Below are positions 48,177-58,859 of a stretch of DNA of 60,805 nucleotides, piece by piece (positions within the stretch are counted from its first letter, which is position 1; each line of letters starts with the position of its first letter). The DNA comes from an uncultured Gemmatimonas sp. GTDB taxonomy: Bacteria; Gemmatimonadota; Gemmatimonadetes; Gemmatimonadales; Gemmatimonadaceae. The stretch is from positions 1 to 60,805 of the forward strand of contig CAZHAG010000003.1 of the NCBI GenBank assembly GCA_964529705.1. Reading direction: 5' to 3'. The translations under genes were made by a program, and so were the position numbers. The notes beneath the pieces are model-generated. The model saw nothing but the letters and a program-made list of their open reading frames with translations, was not told the DNA's origin and did no database searches.

Positions 48177-48673
48177 CCCACCGAGGCGCGCTCGCGCTTG
48201 ACCCGCACCTCCTCCTCGTGCCAGAGCACCACGGCGAGCAGGATCGCCCCCGTGCTGACCGCCACGTCGGCGACGTTGAACGTCGGCCAGCGCCAGTCCC
48301 CCACCCCGATGTCGACGAAGTCGACCACGCCCCGGGAGGAGCGCAACCGGTCGACCAGGTTTCCGATCGCCCCGCCGCTGACGAGGGCGAGCGCCGCCAC
48401 GCGCCAGCGTGCCCCCGGCTCGGAGGTCCGGTAGAGGCGCCACATCAGCACGAGCGCGATCACCGTGAGCGCCGTGAAGATCCACCGAGACCAGGGCCCC
48501 AGGTGCAGCCCGAACGCGGCGCCGGGGTTGTAGACGAGCGTCAGGCGCACCGATTCGCCGAGGATGTCGTGCGGCACGTAGGCCGGCGTCAGGTGGCGCA
48601 CGGCGAACCACTTCGTGATCGCGTCGGCGGTCACGATCGCCAGCACCACGCCGAGGAAGCGCCGCGTCGACAT
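48173..48673 (-). CDS. lspA: Lipoprotein signal peptidase
   Basis: NPGAAFG, GNLVDR, VVDF and FNVAD motifs. Confidence 0.96.
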   Translation of the reverse strand: MSTRRFLGVVLAIVTADAITKWFAVRHLTPAYVPHDILGESVRLTLVYNPGAAFGLHLGPWSRWIFTALTVIALVLMWRLYRTSEPGARWRVAALALVSGGAIGNLVDRLRSSRGVVDFVDIGVGDWRWPTFNVADVAVSTGAILLAVVLWHEEEVRVKRERASVG

Positions 48674-48692
48674 CACGCCCCTCGGCTCCGCG

Positions 48693-49115
48693 TCACTTCT
48701 TCCCATCTTCCTCGCGCTGCTTGCACTCGATGCAGTACCGCGCGTGCGGGAGCGCATCGAGCCGGTCGAAGTGGATCTCGCCCTTGCACTGGTGGCACAT
48801 CCCGAACTCCTCCGGGTGCCGGTAGAGCCGGCGGAGCGCCTGGTCCACGTGCCAGAGGAACCGCCCCTCCTTGGACGCGAAGAGGAACGCCTTCTCGCGC
48901 TCCATGGCGTCCGTGCCCTGGTCCGCCATGTGGAACGAGTACGCGCTCAGGTCACCGTCCGCGCCCTGCGGCGTGTTGCCGAAGGTCTCGTCATAGTGGC
49001 CGAGTTCCTTGAGGACGCGCCTCCGTTCCTCGAGGAGCCGCTTCTCGAAGTAGGCCACCTGCTTCTTCGACAGCGGCTTGAACTTCTTGTCGCCACCGGG
49101 GGTCGAGTTCGCCAT
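48693..49115 (-). CDS. DksA/TraR C4 zinc-finger protein
   Basis: Coiled coil with HMADQGTD; CHQC...RLDALP...CIEC. Confidence 0.9.
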   Translation of the reverse strand: MANSTPGGDKKFKPLSKKQVAYFEKRLLEERRRVLKELGHYDETFGNTPQGADGDLSAYSFHMADQGTDAMEREKAFLFASKEGRFLWHVDQALRRLYRHPEEFGMCHQCKGEIHFDRLDALPHARYCIECKQREEDGKK

Positions 49116-49117
49116 CG

Positions 49118-52100
49118 TCAACTGTCCTTGGAAAGGGCGATGCGTGCCGTGGGGCCGTCGAGGTCGACATCGGCGACGGCCAGCCACGTTGGGGTTGCGG
49201 GCAGTGCCTCCGTGAGGACGCACTCCCGAGCCAGGACTTCACCAGCGATCCACGCGCCGTGGGGGCGGAGCGGGTCCAGCACGGTCGGCCGCGCCACGAT
49301 CGCGAGCCGGATCCGGTCACTCACCGCGAGCCCCGCCTCCTTGCGCAGGCGCTGCACGCGGCTCACCACCTCGCGCGCCATCCCCTCGGCGCGCAAGGCA
49401 TCACTCACCGTGGGGTCGAGTGCCACGGACATCCCCTCCCCCTGCTGCACCACCAGCGAGGTGGCCGCCCGCGCGGTGATCGAGACCCGCGAGGCATCCA
49501 GATCGAGCGCGCCGTGCCCGGGCACCTGCACGGTCACCGTGCCACCCTGCTCGACGGTGCGGAGTTCCGCCTGCGAGAGCGCCTCGACGACCGGCTTGGC
49601 CGCCTTCATCGCCGGCCCGAGCACCTTGCCGAGCACGGGGAAGTTCGGCTTCCCCTCGAGGCGCACCCAGTCGGCCGCGGAGTCGGCGAAGTGCACCGCC
49701 TTGACGTTCAACTCCGTGGCGACGAGTGGCGCGATCATGCCGTGCCACGCCCGGTCGATCGCAGGGGCCACGCACGTGAGCGCGCCGAGCGGTTGCCGCA
49801 CCTTGATGCCGGCCTGCTCGCGCGCCGCGCGCCCGAGCGCCGCGAGCGTGCGCGCCGAGGCCATCGCCGACTCCAGGGCCGGGTCGGAGGGCGCGGCACC
49901 GGCACGCCGGAACTCCGCCAGGTGCACGGAGCCACCCGTGAGCTCGCCATGCAGCCAGTCCGAGATGAAGGGGGCGAAGGGCGCGAGGAGCCGGCTCGTC
50001 ACCACGAGCACCTCGTGCAGCGTGGCGAACGCGGCGCGGTTGTCGGCGCCCTCCACCTCGTAGAACCGGGCGCGCGAGAGCCGCACGTACCAGTTGGCCA
50101 GGTCCTCGCTCACGAACTCCATGAGCAGCCGCGCGGCCGCCGTGGCGTCGAAGCGCTCGAGGAGCGCGTCGACCTCCGCCTCCACGCTGCCGAGCCGCGA
50201 GAGGATCCAGCGGTCGAGCACGGGGCGATCCGCGACCGCAGGATCGGCGGCCGAGGGGACCCACCCGAAGTTGGCGTACTGCGCGAAGATCCCGCTGTAC
50301 ACGTTCCGCAGCGTCACGAGGAAGCGACCCGCGGACTCGCGGATCACCGCCTCGTCGAAGCGGCGCGGAAGCCAGACCTGCGAGCTCGCGACGAGGAAGA
50401 GCCGCACGGCGTCCGCGCCATGCCGCTCCAGCACCTCGCGCGGCGCGACGGTGTTCCCCTTGGACTTGGACATCTTCTGCCCAGCCGCGTCGAGCACCAG
50501 GTCGTTCACGACCACGGCGCGATAGGGCGCCGCACGTCCGGTCCCGGCCCCGTTGTTCGGCAGCGCATCGCCGAGCCCTGCCGCGATCGCGAGGAGCGAG
50601 TAGAACCACCCGCGCGTCTGGTCCACGCCCTCGGCGATGAAGTCCGCCGGGAAGTTCCTCGCCACGCGCTCGGCGCTCCCCGGACGGTGCGGGAACCCCC
50701 ACTGCGCGAATGGCATCGCGCCCGAGTCGAACCAGGCGTCGATCACGCTCCCGACCGGACGCATCGTGCCCGTCCCGCTGCGCGCCGGCCAGGTGTACGC
50801 ATCCACGAACGGCTTGTGCGGGTCGAAGTCCGGGGGCAGCGCGCGCCCCGCGCGCGCCGAGAGTTCGGCGAACGACCCGATCACCTCCACCTCGTCCGGG
50901 TCCGCGTCGTTCACCCAGACCGGGAGGGGCGTGCCCCAGTACCGGTCGCGCGAGACGGCCCAGTCGATGTTGTTCTCGAGCCAGCTCCCGAACCGGCCAG
51001 ACCCCGTCTCCGCGGGGTTCCAGTCCACGGCCGCGTTCCGTGCGAGCATCTCGTCGCGGTACGCGGTCGTGCGCACGAACCAACTCGAGCGCGCGTAGTA
51101 GAGGAGCGGCGTGCCGCAGCGCCAACAGTGAGGGTAGCTGTGCACGGCGCGCTGCGCCTTCCAGAGCTGGTCGCGGCGCTCGAGCTCCTCGATGATCGCG
51201 GCGTCGGCGTCCTTGACGAACTGGCCGCCCACGAGCGGCATCCCCGCGGGGAAGCGTCCTCGCGCATCCACCGGGTTCGCGAACGCCAGGCCGTGGCGCT
51301 GCCCCGCGGCGTAGTCGTCCGCGCCGAACGCCGGCGCGAGGTGCACCACCCCCGACCCGTCCTCGGCCGAGACGAACTCCTCCGCGACGATCACCTCGCG
51401 CGCACCTTCGGCCGGGTACTCGAGCCAGTCGAGGGGCCGGCGGTAGCGCTGGCCCGCGAGCGCATCGCCCGTGAATCGCGCGACCACATCCCAGCGGTCG
51501 GCGAAGTCCGCACCGAGCACGCCGGCCGCACGCGCCTCGGCCAGGATGATCGTCCAGTCCGCGACATTCCTCTTGCGGAGCTCGACATAGGTGAGCCCCG
51601 GGTTCACGGCCAGCGCGACGTTCGACACGAGCGTCCAGGGCGTCGTGGTCCAGACGACGACGCGGCGCCGCTTCACCTCCGGCGCGGCGGCGGGCAGCGA
51701 CCCTCCGGCGGCCGGCGCGAGGTCCAGCGCCACGTAGACCGACGGGTCCTCGACATCCTGGTACCCCTGCGCCACCTCGTGCGAGCTGAGCGCGGTGCCG
51801 CAGCGGGCGCAGTACGGGAGGATCTTGTGCCCCAGGTAGAGGAGCCCCTTCGCGTGCAGCGTCTTGAGCGCCCACCAGACGCTCTCGACGTACTCGTTCG
51901 AGTAGGTGACGTACGGATCGTCGTAGTCGAGCCAGTACCCCATGCGGGCGCTGACCTGCTCCCACTCCTCCTTGTACGTCCAGACGCTCTCGCGGCAGCG
52001 GCGGTTGAACTCCGCGACGCCGATCCGCTCGATGTCCTGCTTGCCCGAGATCCCGAGTGCCTTCTCCACCTCGATCTCCACCGGGAGCCCGTGCGTGTCC

Positions 52101-52378
52101 CACCCCGCCTTCCGCGGGACGTGGAACCCCTTCATGGTGCGATGTCGGCAGAACAGATCCTTCACCGTGCGCGCGAACACATGGTGGATCCCGGGCCGCC
52201 CGTTCGCGGTGGGAGGACCTTCGAAGAACACCCAGGAAGGCGCGTCCGTGCGCGCCGCCTGCGAGGCGGCGAACACGCCGTCGCGCGTCCAGCGCTCCAG
52301 CACCTCGCGCTCGAGTGCATCGCCTGAGAGCTCGCTCGGGAGGAGGCGGTAGCGCACGCTGGTCCCCGCGCCCGTCAC
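49118..52378 (-). CDS. ileS: Isoleucine--tRNA ligase, type 2
   Basis: [33 protein letters not shown] and KMSKS; type-2 C-terminus ([16 protein letters not shown]). Confidence 0.97.
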   Translation of the reverse strand: MTGAGTSVRYRLLPSELSGDALEREVLERWTRDGVFAASQAARTDAPSWVFFEGPPTANGRPGIHHVFARTVKDLFCRHRTMKGFHVPRKAGWDTHGLPVEIEVEKALGISGKQDIERIGVAEFNRRCRESVWTYKEEWEQVSARMGYWLDYDDPYVTYSNEYVESVWWALKTLHAKGLLYLGHKILPYCARCGTALSSHEVAQGYQDVEDPSVYVALDLAPAAGGSLPAAAPEVKRRRVVVWTTTPWTLVSNVALAVNPGLTYVELRKRNVADWTIILAEARAAGVLGADFADRWDVVARFTGDALAGQRYRRPLDWLEYPAEGAREVIVAEEFVSAEDGSGVVHLAPAFGADDYAAGQRHGLAFANPVDARGRFPAGMPLVGGQFVKDADAAIIEELERRDQLWKAQRAVHSYPHCWRCGTPLLYYARSSWFVRTTAYRDEMLARNAAVDWNPAETGSGRFGSWLENNIDWAVSRDRYWGTPLPVWVNDADPDEVEVIGSFAELSARAGRALPPDFDPHKPFVDAYTWPARSGTGTMRPVGSVIDAWFDSGAMPFAQWGFPHRPGSAERVARNFPADFIAEGVDQTRGWFYSLLAIAAGLGDALPNNGAGTGRAAPYRAVVVNDLVLDAAGQKMSKSKGNTVAPREVLERHGADAVRLFLVASSQVWLPRRFDEAVIRESAGRFLVTLRNVYSGIFAQYANFGWVPSAADPAVADRPVLDRWILSRLGSVEAEVDALLERFDATAAARLLMEFVSEDLANWYVRLSRARFYEVEGADNRAAFATLHEVLVVTSRLLAPFAPFISDWLHGELTGGSVHLAEFRRAGAAPSDPALESAMASARTLAALGRAAREQAGIKVRQPLGALTCVAPAIDRAWHGMIAPLVATELNVKAVHFADSAADWVRLEGKPNFPVLGKVLGPAMKAAKPVVEALSQAELRTVEQGGTVTVQVPGHGALDLDASRVSITARAATSLVVQQGEGMSVALDPTVSDALRAEGMAREVVSRVQRLRKEAGLAVSDRIRLAIVARPTVLDPLRPHGAWIAGEVLARECVLTEALPATPTWLAVADVDLDGPTARIALSKDS

Positions 52379-53214
52379 AGGCGCTCCAGGACGCCGCGCA
52401 CGAGCGCGGTGAGCTTCGGTTCCGCGGCGCCGGCGACCGCGAGGATCCGCTCGAGCGACGCTTCCTCGAGCGCGTCGGGCAGGCACTGGTCGGTGATGAT
52501 CGAGCAGCCGAGCACGCGCATCCCCGCGTGCACGGCCACGATCACCTCGGGCACCGTCGACATGCCGACGACGTCCGCGCCGAGCGTGCGCAGCATCCGG
52601 TACTCGGCGCGCGTCTCGAGCGTCGGGCCCTGCACGGCCACGTACGTGCCTTCGCGCAGCGTGGTGCCCTGGGCGCGCGCCACCTCGCGCGCGAGCGAGC
52701 GCAGCCCCTCGTCGTACGGCGCGCTCATGTCCGGGAAGCGCACGCCGAGCGACGCATCGTGCGGGCCGATCAGCGGGTTGTCCCCGAGCAGGTTGATGTG
52801 GTCCGCGATCAGCATCAGGTCGCCGGGCGCCCAGAGCGGGTGCATCCCGCCGCACGCGTTCGAGACGACCAGCGTCTCCGCGCCCAGCGCGCGCAGGACG
52901 CGCACCGGGAAGGTCACCTGCTGCAGCGTGTACCCTTCGTACCGGTGGAAGCGCCCCTGCATCGCCACCACGCGACGCCCGCCGAGCGTGCCGAGCAGGA
53001 GGCGGCCGGAGTGCGACTCCACCGTGGAGAGCGGAAACCCCGGGATAGTGCCGTACTCCACCGTCGTCTCGACGTCCATCGCCTTGGCGAGCCCGCCGAG
53101 TCCGGTGCCCAGGATGATCGCCACCTGTGGTACCAGCGCGCTGCGCGCGCGTACCGCGTCCACCGCGCGGGTGATCGCGGCGCTCGCGTGCAGGGTGGCC
53201 TCGGTGGTCGTCAT
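52375..53214 (-). CDS. Purine nucleoside phosphorylase (trimeric type)
   Basis: [21 protein letters not shown] and VGMSTVPE motifs. Confidence 0.95.
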   Translation of the reverse strand: MTTTEATLHASAAITRAVDAVRARSALVPQVAIILGTGLGGLAKAMDVETTVEYGTIPGFPLSTVESHSGRLLLGTLGGRRVVAMQGRFHRYEGYTLQQVTFPVRVLRALGAETLVVSNACGGMHPLWAPGDLMLIADHINLLGDNPLIGPHDASLGVRFPDMSAPYDEGLRSLAREVARAQGTTLREGTYVAVQGPTLETRAEYRMLRTLGADVVGMSTVPEVIVAVHAGMRVLGCSIITDQCLPDALEEASLERILAVAGAAEPKLTALVRGVLERL

Positions 53215-53227
53215 CGCCGGCCGGAAC

Positions 53228-53728
53228 TCAGGGCGTCGGCGGGATGTCGGCGCCCGGCGGGCGCCGCTGCTCGGCCGCCGCGACCTCGGCCAGCTGGCGC
53301 TCGGCGTACATCTTGAGCTCCGCGAGGTAGGTGCGGCGCGCGCGCTCGAGCGCCTCGAGCTCGTGGCGCAGCGAGCCGATCCGCGCCTGGGCATCCGCGG
53401 TCACCCGCTCCGCGGCCGCGCGCGCCTCGGCCAGGATGAGCTCCGCCTCGCGCCCGGCCTGCTCCTTCATGTCCGCGCGCAGCTGTTGGGCGCTGATGAG
53501 TGCCTCATTGAGCGCCCGGTCGCGCTCGCGGAAGGCGCGCAGCTGCTCGTGGAACCCCCGCGCCTTCTCCTCGAGGTCCGTGTTCAGCTTCGTGAGCCGC
53601 TCCATCTCGTCCGCCACGAGGTCACGGAACTGGTCCACGCGCGCGCGGTCGTAGCCGCGCATCGCCGACCCGAAGTCGTACCGCCGTGCGTCGACCGCCG
53701 TGAGATAGAACGCGTCCTCTGATTCCAT
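53228..53728 (-). CDS. divIVA: DivIVA domain protein
   Basis: LT..D.....F...MRGYD...VD.F followed by a long coiled coil. Confidence 0.88.
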   Translation of the reverse strand: MESEDAFYLTAVDARRYDFGSAMRGYDRARVDQFRDLVADEMERLTKLNTDLEEKARGFHEQLRAFRERDRALNEALISAQQLRADMKEQAGREAELILAEARAAAERVTADAQARIGSLRHELEALERARRTYLAELKMYAERQLAEVAAAEQRRPPGADIPPTP

Positions 53729-53732
53729 CGCC

Positions 53733-54422
53733 TCAACCCCTCTCGCCGAAGAGCACCGTGCCGAGTCGCACGAGTGTCGCGCCTTCCTCCACCGCCACCT
53801 CGAAATCGCCGGACATCCCCATCGACAGCTCCGTCGCGGGATGGCCGGCCGCCCGCAGCACGGCGCGCGCCTCGCGTGCCCCTGCGAACACGCGCCGCAA
53901 CACCCCCTCCTCCGCGTCGAACGGCGCCATCGTCATCGCCCCGACCACGCGCAGCCCGGCCAGTCTCCGCAGTCGCTCCGCCTCGGCCGGCAGATCCCCG
54001 AGCGCGTAGCCACCCTTCGTTCCCTCACCCGACACGTTCACCTGCACCAGCACATCCACCGGGGCGGCGCCGCCGACCTTGTCGATCGCATCCGCCAGCC
54101 GGGGCCGGTCGAGCGCGTGGAAGAGCGAGAACCGCGGCAGCGCCTTCACCTTGTTGGTCTGCAGGTGGCCGATCAGGTGCCAGCGCACCTCCCCTGCTCC
54201 CCCCTGCTCCGCCAGCTCGTCCTGCTTCCCGAGCGCCTCCTGCACCTTGTTCTCACCGACGTCCGCCACCCCCGCCGCGCGGATCGCCGTCACGGCGTCC
54301 GCGCGATGGGTCTTGGTGACCGCCACGAGCGTGACCTGCTGGTGATGGCCGCCGCGTTCGACTGCCCGCGCGATACGCTCCCGCACGGCCGTGACGCGCT
54401 CGGCCAGCCCTGAAAAGTGCAT
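53733..54422 (-). CDS. yggS: YggS/PLPBP pyridoxal-phosphate homeostasis protein
   Basis: AVTK, GENKVQE, WHLIGHLQTNK, LSMGMS and VRLGT motifs. Confidence 0.95.
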   Translation of the reverse strand: MHFSGLAERVTAVRERIARAVERGGHHQQVTLVAVTKTHRADAVTAIRAAGVADVGENKVQEALGKQDELAEQGGAGEVRWHLIGHLQTNKVKALPRFSLFHALDRPRLADAIDKVGGAAPVDVLVQVNVSGEGTKGGYALGDLPAEAERLRRLAGLRVVGAMTMAPFDAEEGVLRRVFAGAREARAVLRAAGHPATELSMGMSGDFEVAVEEGATLVRLGTVLFGERG

Positions 54423-54451
54423 AACACCCGAAATTACAGGGTGTTAGCACT
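54416..54451 (-). promoter_or_regulatory. AT-rich hairpin overlapping the yggS start codon
   Basis: AGTGCTAACACCC-tgtaatttc-GGGTGTTA(t)GCACT followed by TTT on the minus strand. Confidence 0.5.
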
Positions 54452-54480
54452 CCGCGAAAGTGATTCCGTGCGCGCGCGCC

Positions 54481-56454
54481 TCAGGCCGGCGAAGGCTCCG
54501 GTCCGCCCATGAGCGGCGGTACGCGGCGCGCCTCGGGTGCGCCAACGACGGGCTTGTCCGCGGCGGGCAACGCCGTCGGCGGGTTCTGGCGCGGCGGCAG
54601 GGGCTCGTTCTTCTCGAGCTGCGCGATGTCCTCGCGCGAGAGCGTCTCCCGCTCGAGCAGCGCGTTCGCGATCCGGTCGAGCAGGTCGCGGTGCGTGGTG
54701 AGCGTGTCCATCGCACGGTTGTACGCCTCGTTGATCACGCGCGCGACCTCGTCGTCCACCTGCTGCGCCGTGCGCTCCGAGACGGTGCGACGGCTCGTGA
54801 GCTCGCGCCCGAGGAAGACCTCCTGCTCGTTGTCCCCCACGAGGATCGGGCCGATCGCATCGGAGAGGCCCCACTGCGACACGTAGCGGCGGGCGAGCCC
54901 CGTGGCGAACTGGATGTCGCTCGAGGCGCCCGTCGTGACGTGGTCGCGCCCGAAGATCATCTCCTCCGCGCAGCGCCCGCCGTACGCCATCACGAGTCGC
55001 GCCTCCAGCTGCTCGCGCGTCGTCGAGACTCGGTCGTCCTCGGGAAGGGTGAAGGCGAGGCCCAGCGCGCGGCCGCGCGGCACGATCGTCACCTTGTGCA
55101 GCGGATCGTTCCCCTTGACGCGGATCGCGCAGACGGCGTGCCCCGCCTCGTGGAACGCGGTGAGCCGCCGCTCCTCCTCGCGCATCACGAGCGACTTCCG
55201 CTCGGCACCGAGCATGACGCGGTCCTTCGCGTCCTCGAAGTCCACCATGAAGATCTTCTCATGGTTGCGGCGCGCCGCGAGCAGCGCCGCCTCGTTCACG
55301 AGGTTCGCCAGGTCGGCGCCCGCCATCCCCGGCGTGCCGCGCGCGAGGCGGTGGATGTCGACGTCGTCCGAGAGCGGCTTGTTCCGCACGTGCACCTTGA
55401 GGATCCCCTCGCGGCCGCGGAGGTCGGGGGAGTCCACCACGATCTGGCGGTCGAAGCGGCCCGGGCGCAGGAGCGCCGGGTCGAGCACGTCGGGCCGGTT
55501 GGTCGCGGCGATCAGGATCACGCCCTCGTTCGACTCGAACCCGTCCATCTCCACGAGCAGCTGGTTGAGCGTCTGCTCGCGCTCGTCATGCCCGCCGCCG
55601 AGCCCCGCGCCGCGGTGACGGCCCACGGCGTCGATCTCATCGATGAAGATGATGCAGGGCGCGTTCGCCTTCCCCTGCTCGAACAGGTCACGCACGCGCG
55701 ACGCGCCGACGCCCACGAACATCTCGACGAAGTCGGAGCCGGACATCGAGAAGAAGGGACGCGCCGCCTCGCCCGCGACCGCCTTGGCGAGCAGCGTCTT
55801 CCCCGTGCCCGGGGGCCCGACGAGGAGCGCGCCCTTCGGCAGGCGCCCGCCCAGCTTCGTGAACTTGGCCGGGTCCTTCAGGAACTCGATGATCTCCCGC
55901 AGCTCGACCTTCGCCTCGTCGGCGCCCGCGACGTCCGCGAAGGTCACCTTGGGGGTGTCCCCCGAGAGGAGCTTCGCCTTCGACTTGCCGAACGAGAACG
56001 CCTTGTTCCCCCCCGCCTGCATCTGGCGGAAGAGGAAGATCCAGATCCCGAAGATGATGATCCACGGGAGGATGCTGATCAGCACGCTGGCGATCGAGAC
56101 CGCGGGATCCTCCGCCTTGATGGCGACCTGCTTGTCGCGCAGGCGCTGGACCTCGGCCTCGCTGTTGGCGACCGCGAGCTTGGTGTTGAACTGCTTGGTG
56201 TCACGCCCCTTGATCAGGACGCGATTCTTAAACTCGCCGGAGATCTCCTTCCCGCCGATGATCGTGACGCGCAGGATGTTGTCCGCGGTGAGCTGCTGGT
56301 CGTAGAGCGAGTAGTCGATCTCGGTCGCCTGCTCGCCCCCCTTGTTCACCATCTGGATGAACACGACCGGCACGAGGATCGCGATCAGCCAGAACGAGAG
56401 GGTCTTCGAGAAGCGCCCGAAGCCACCGGGCTTCTGCGGGGAGGTGGAGGCCAT
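54481..56454 (-). CDS. ftsH: ATP-dependent zinc protease FtsH
   Basis: Two TMs; [28 protein letters not shown] and HEAGH motifs. Confidence 0.99.
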   Translation of the reverse strand: MASTSPQKPGGFGRFSKTLSFWLIAILVPVVFIQMVNKGGEQATEIDYSLYDQQLTADNILRVTIIGGKEISGEFKNRVLIKGRDTKQFNTKLAVANSEAEVQRLRDKQVAIKAEDPAVSIASVLISILPWIIIFGIWIFLFRQMQAGGNKAFSFGKSKAKLLSGDTPKVTFADVAGADEAKVELREIIEFLKDPAKFTKLGGRLPKGALLVGPPGTGKTLLAKAVAGEAARPFFSMSGSDFVEMFVGVGASRVRDLFEQGKANAPCIIFIDEIDAVGRHRGAGLGGGHDEREQTLNQLLVEMDGFESNEGVILIAATNRPDVLDPALLRPGRFDRQIVVDSPDLRGREGILKVHVRNKPLSDDVDIHRLARGTPGMAGADLANLVNEAALLAARRNHEKIFMVDFEDAKDRVMLGAERKSLVMREEERRLTAFHEAGHAVCAIRVKGNDPLHKVTIVPRGRALGLAFTLPEDDRVSTTREQLEARLVMAYGGRCAEEMIFGRDHVTTGASSDIQFATGLARRYVSQWGLSDAIGPILVGDNEQEVFLGRELTSRRTVSERTAQQVDDEVARVINEAYNRAMDTLTTHRDLLDRIANALLERETLSREDIAQLEKNEPLPPRQNPPTALPAADKPVVGAPEARRVPPLMGGPEPSPA

Positions 56455-56463
56455 GTGCGGTCC

Positions 56464-57015
56464 TTACTGGAGGCTGGCGACGTACGGGACGTGGCGGAAA
56501 TCCTCCGCATGGTCGAGCCCGTAGCCGACGAGGAATTCGTTGGGTGCATCGAAGCCGAGGAACTTCGTCGGGTGATGCAGTTCGGTGGCGATGTGCTTGT
56601 GCAGGAGGGCGCAGATCTCGAGCGACCGCGGCTGACGCTTCCCGAGGAGCACGAGGAGCTGCTGCAGCGTGCGGCCCGAGTCCACGATGTCCTCGACGAG
56701 GAGGATGTGCTTCCCCTCCAGCTTCGTCTCGGGGTCGTAGACCAGGTTCACCTTGCCCGACGACACCATCGCATCGCCGTAACTCGAGGCGACGAGGAAG
56801 TCGACCTGCAGCGGGCGCTCGATCTGGCGGACGAGATCCGCCAGGAAGACGAAACTCCCCTTGAGGAGTCCGAGCACGAGCAGGTCCCCGTCCGGGTAGG
56901 CGGCGGTGATCTCCGCGCCCAACTCGCGCACGCGACGGGCGATGGTGGCCTCGTCGAACGCGATGCGCTTCACGGAGCGCCCCTTGAGGCGCGGATCGGC
57001 AGTCGGTGCGGTCAT
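56464..57015 (-). CDS. hpt: Hypoxanthine phosphoribosyltransferase
   Basis: LLKGS, VEDIVDSGRT and VGYGLD motifs. Confidence 0.96.
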   Translation of the reverse strand: MTAPTADPRLKGRSVKRIAFDEATIARRVRELGAEITAAYPDGDLLVLGLLKGSFVFLADLVRQIERPLQVDFLVASSYGDAMVSSGKVNLVYDPETKLEGKHILLVEDIVDSGRTLQQLLVLLGKRQPRSLEICALLHKHIATELHHPTKFLGFDAPNEFLVGYGLDHAEDFRHVPYVASLQ

Positions 57016-57021
57016 CACAAC

Positions 57022-57027
57022 AATATA
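57022..57027 (-). promoter_or_regulatory. Putative -10 (TATATT) of a leaderless hpt transcript
   Basis: Hexamer 6 nt before the ATG in a local AT patch; no SD. Confidence 0.45.
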
Positions 57028-57033
57028 TAGGCC

Positions 57034-57984
57034 TCAGGGCCGTGCGTCGTTCCCGGTGATCACGAAGGTCGTGCCCGTGAAGGTGATCCGGGCGCCGCTG
57101 GAGAGCTGGATCGTGCCGTGTCGCCGTGCGCCCGGCGCCCAGCGCGCGGCCCGCTCGATGCCGCGGCGGTCCATCACCACCCCGGCGTGCGCCGCGAAGG
57201 CCGGCCAGAGGACGCGCCACCCCTCCTCCGCCACCTCCCGCACCAGCTCCACCGCGATAACCACCGAGGACCCCCGCTCCCCTCCGACGCGGCGCACCAG
57301 GTTCCCGGCGAGCGCGTCGAGCCCCGTACGCCACTCGGCGGCCTTCGCACCGATCTCCCAGCACCAATCGGAGAAGCCGGGCACCGCCGCCTCGAGGGCG
57401 GGGATGAGCTCGAGGCGCACCCGGTTGCGCTGGTGGCGGAGGTCGCGGTTGCTCGGGTCCTCAATGAACGGGAGGGCATGCGCCGACGCGTACGCCGCGA
57501 CCTCACTGCGCGTGACCGGGAGCAGGGGCCTCACACCAGCGGCCATCATCGCGGCGAGCCCGCGCGGCCCGGCGTCGCGCAGGAGGCGCTGCACCACGGT
57601 CTCCACCTGATCGTCACGCGTGTGTCCCGTGGCGACCTGCGCGTCGAGCTCCAGCGCCCACGCCTCAAGGAAGCCGAGGCGAGCCGCACGCCAGGCGGCC
57701 TCGTCGCCCGGCGTCCCCGCGGGGGCCTCGCCCACGACCACCGCCAGCCCGCGCTGCCCCGCCTCGCGCTCGACCAGCGCCACCGCCGCACGTGCCGCCG
57801 CCCCGGTGCGGTGGTCGAATGTCGCCACCGCCGCGATCTCGTGCTGCCGCGCGCGCGACATCGCATCGAGCAGCACCATCGAGTCGCGCCCCCCCGAGAC
57901 CGCGAGCAGCCAGCGGCCGGCGGGGAGCGCCGAGATCGCGGCCTGCACGGGGAGCGCCGCGGACGCTTCTCTTTGCCGTTTCAC
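57034..57984 (-). CDS. tilS: tRNA(Ile)-lysidine synthetase (short form)
   Basis: SGGRDS PP-loop, HTRDDQVET, RPLL, EDPSN and RNRVR motifs; tilS-hpt-ftsH synteny. Confidence 0.92.
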   Translation of the reverse strand: MKRQREASAALPVQAAISALPAGRWLLAVSGGRDSMVLLDAMSRARQHEIAAVATFDHRTGAAARAAVALVEREAGQRGLAVVVGEAPAGTPGDEAAWRAARLGFLEAWALELDAQVATGHTRDDQVETVVQRLLRDAGPRGLAAMMAAGVRPLLPVTRSEVAAYASAHALPFIEDPSNRDLRHQRNRVRLELIPALEAAVPGFSDWCWEIGAKAAEWRTGLDALAGNLVRRVGGERGSSVVIAVELVREVAEEGWRVLWPAFAAHAGVVMDRRGIERAARWAPGARRHGTIQLSSGARITFTGTTFVITGNDARP

Positions 57985-57990
57985 GCTGAT

Positions 57991-57996
57991 AACATA
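57991..57996 (-). promoter_or_regulatory. Putative -10 (TATGTT) of a leaderless tilS transcript
   Basis: Hexamer 6 nt before GTG 57984; no SD. Confidence 0.4.
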
Positions 57997-58051
57997 CTGG
58001 GCGACGCCAGCCGGCCCCGGCGTCCCTCCCTCGCCCTCTGGAGCCTCGCTC

Positions 58052-58231
58052 GTGGAACACTCCTTCGGTGGCCCCCTCGGAACGCTGATCGCCGGACTCG
58101 GCATGGGTGCCTACTACGTGGGACTGACGTGGATCAACATGCTGCTCGGCATCATGCTGACCCCCTTCTTCATCATCCCGCTGACCTGGGTGCAGGACGC
58201 CCTCGCGAAGAAGAAGCAGCAGCAGGGCTGA
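58052..58231 (+). CDS. 59-aa hydrophobic protein upstream of lemA
   Basis: GGAG before the GTG; MEHSFGGPLGTLIAGLGMGAYYVGLTWINMLLGIMLTPFFIIPLTWVQDALAKKKQQQG; G/C-rich third codon positions. Confidence 0.65.
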   Translation: MEHSFGGPLGTLIAGLGMGAYYVGLTWINMLLGIMLTPFFIIPLTWVQDALAKKKQQQG

Positions 58232-58273
58232 CCCTCCGCCGTCGGCGGAGTCCCCCTCCTCTCCGGAGCACAG

Positions 58274-58849
58274 ATGATCTTCCTGCTTCTCGCGCTGGCG
58301 GGCGTCCTCGTGTGGGGCATCGCTGCGTACAACGGCCTGATCGCGCTCCGCAACCAGACCGCGAACGCGCTCAAGCAGATCGACGTCCAGCTCAAGCGGC
58401 GGCACGACCTGATCCCGAACCTCGTCTCGGCGGTTCAGGGGGCGATGGACTTCGAGAAGGACACGCTCGCGGCGGTGATCAGCGCCCGCAACGGCGCCGT
58501 GAAGGCCGCGGCGTCGCTCGATCCCCAGCACGTCGCCGCGTCGGCCGCGGCGGAGGCCCAGCTCTCGGGCGCCCTCGGCAAGCTGATGGTGGTCGTGGAG
58601 GCCTATCCGGACCTCAAGGCCACCTCGAACATGAAGCAGCTGCAGGAGGAGCTGAGCTCGACCGAGAACAAGGTGGGCTTCGCCCGCCAGCTCTACAACG
58701 ACACGGCCACCCAGTACAACACCAAGCAGCAGCAGTTCCCGACGAGCCTCGTCGCGGGGTGGGCCAACGCGTCACCGGCCGAGCTCTGGGAGATCGAGGA
58801 CGCCGCGGAGCGCGCGGTGCCGAAGGTGGAGTTCGGCAAGAAGAGCTAG
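58274..58849 (+). CDS. lemA: LemA family protein
   Basis: YNGL, IDVQLKRRHDLIPNLV, EAYPDLKA and ENK..FAR..YN motifs. Confidence 0.95.
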   Translation: MIFLLLALAGVLVWGIAAYNGLIALRNQTANALKQIDVQLKRRHDLIPNLVSAVQGAMDFEKDTLAAVISARNGAVKAAASLDPQHVAASAAAEAQLSGALGKLMVVVEAYPDLKATSNMKQLQEELSSTENKVGFARQLYNDTATQYNTKQQQFPTSLVAGWANASPAELWEIEDAAERAVPKVEFGKKS

Positions 58850-58859
58850 GCCGCCGCCG

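Noticed and set aside
54444-54470. CIRCE element
   Set aside because: Only TTAGCACTC is present; the second half is absent at 9-nt spacing.
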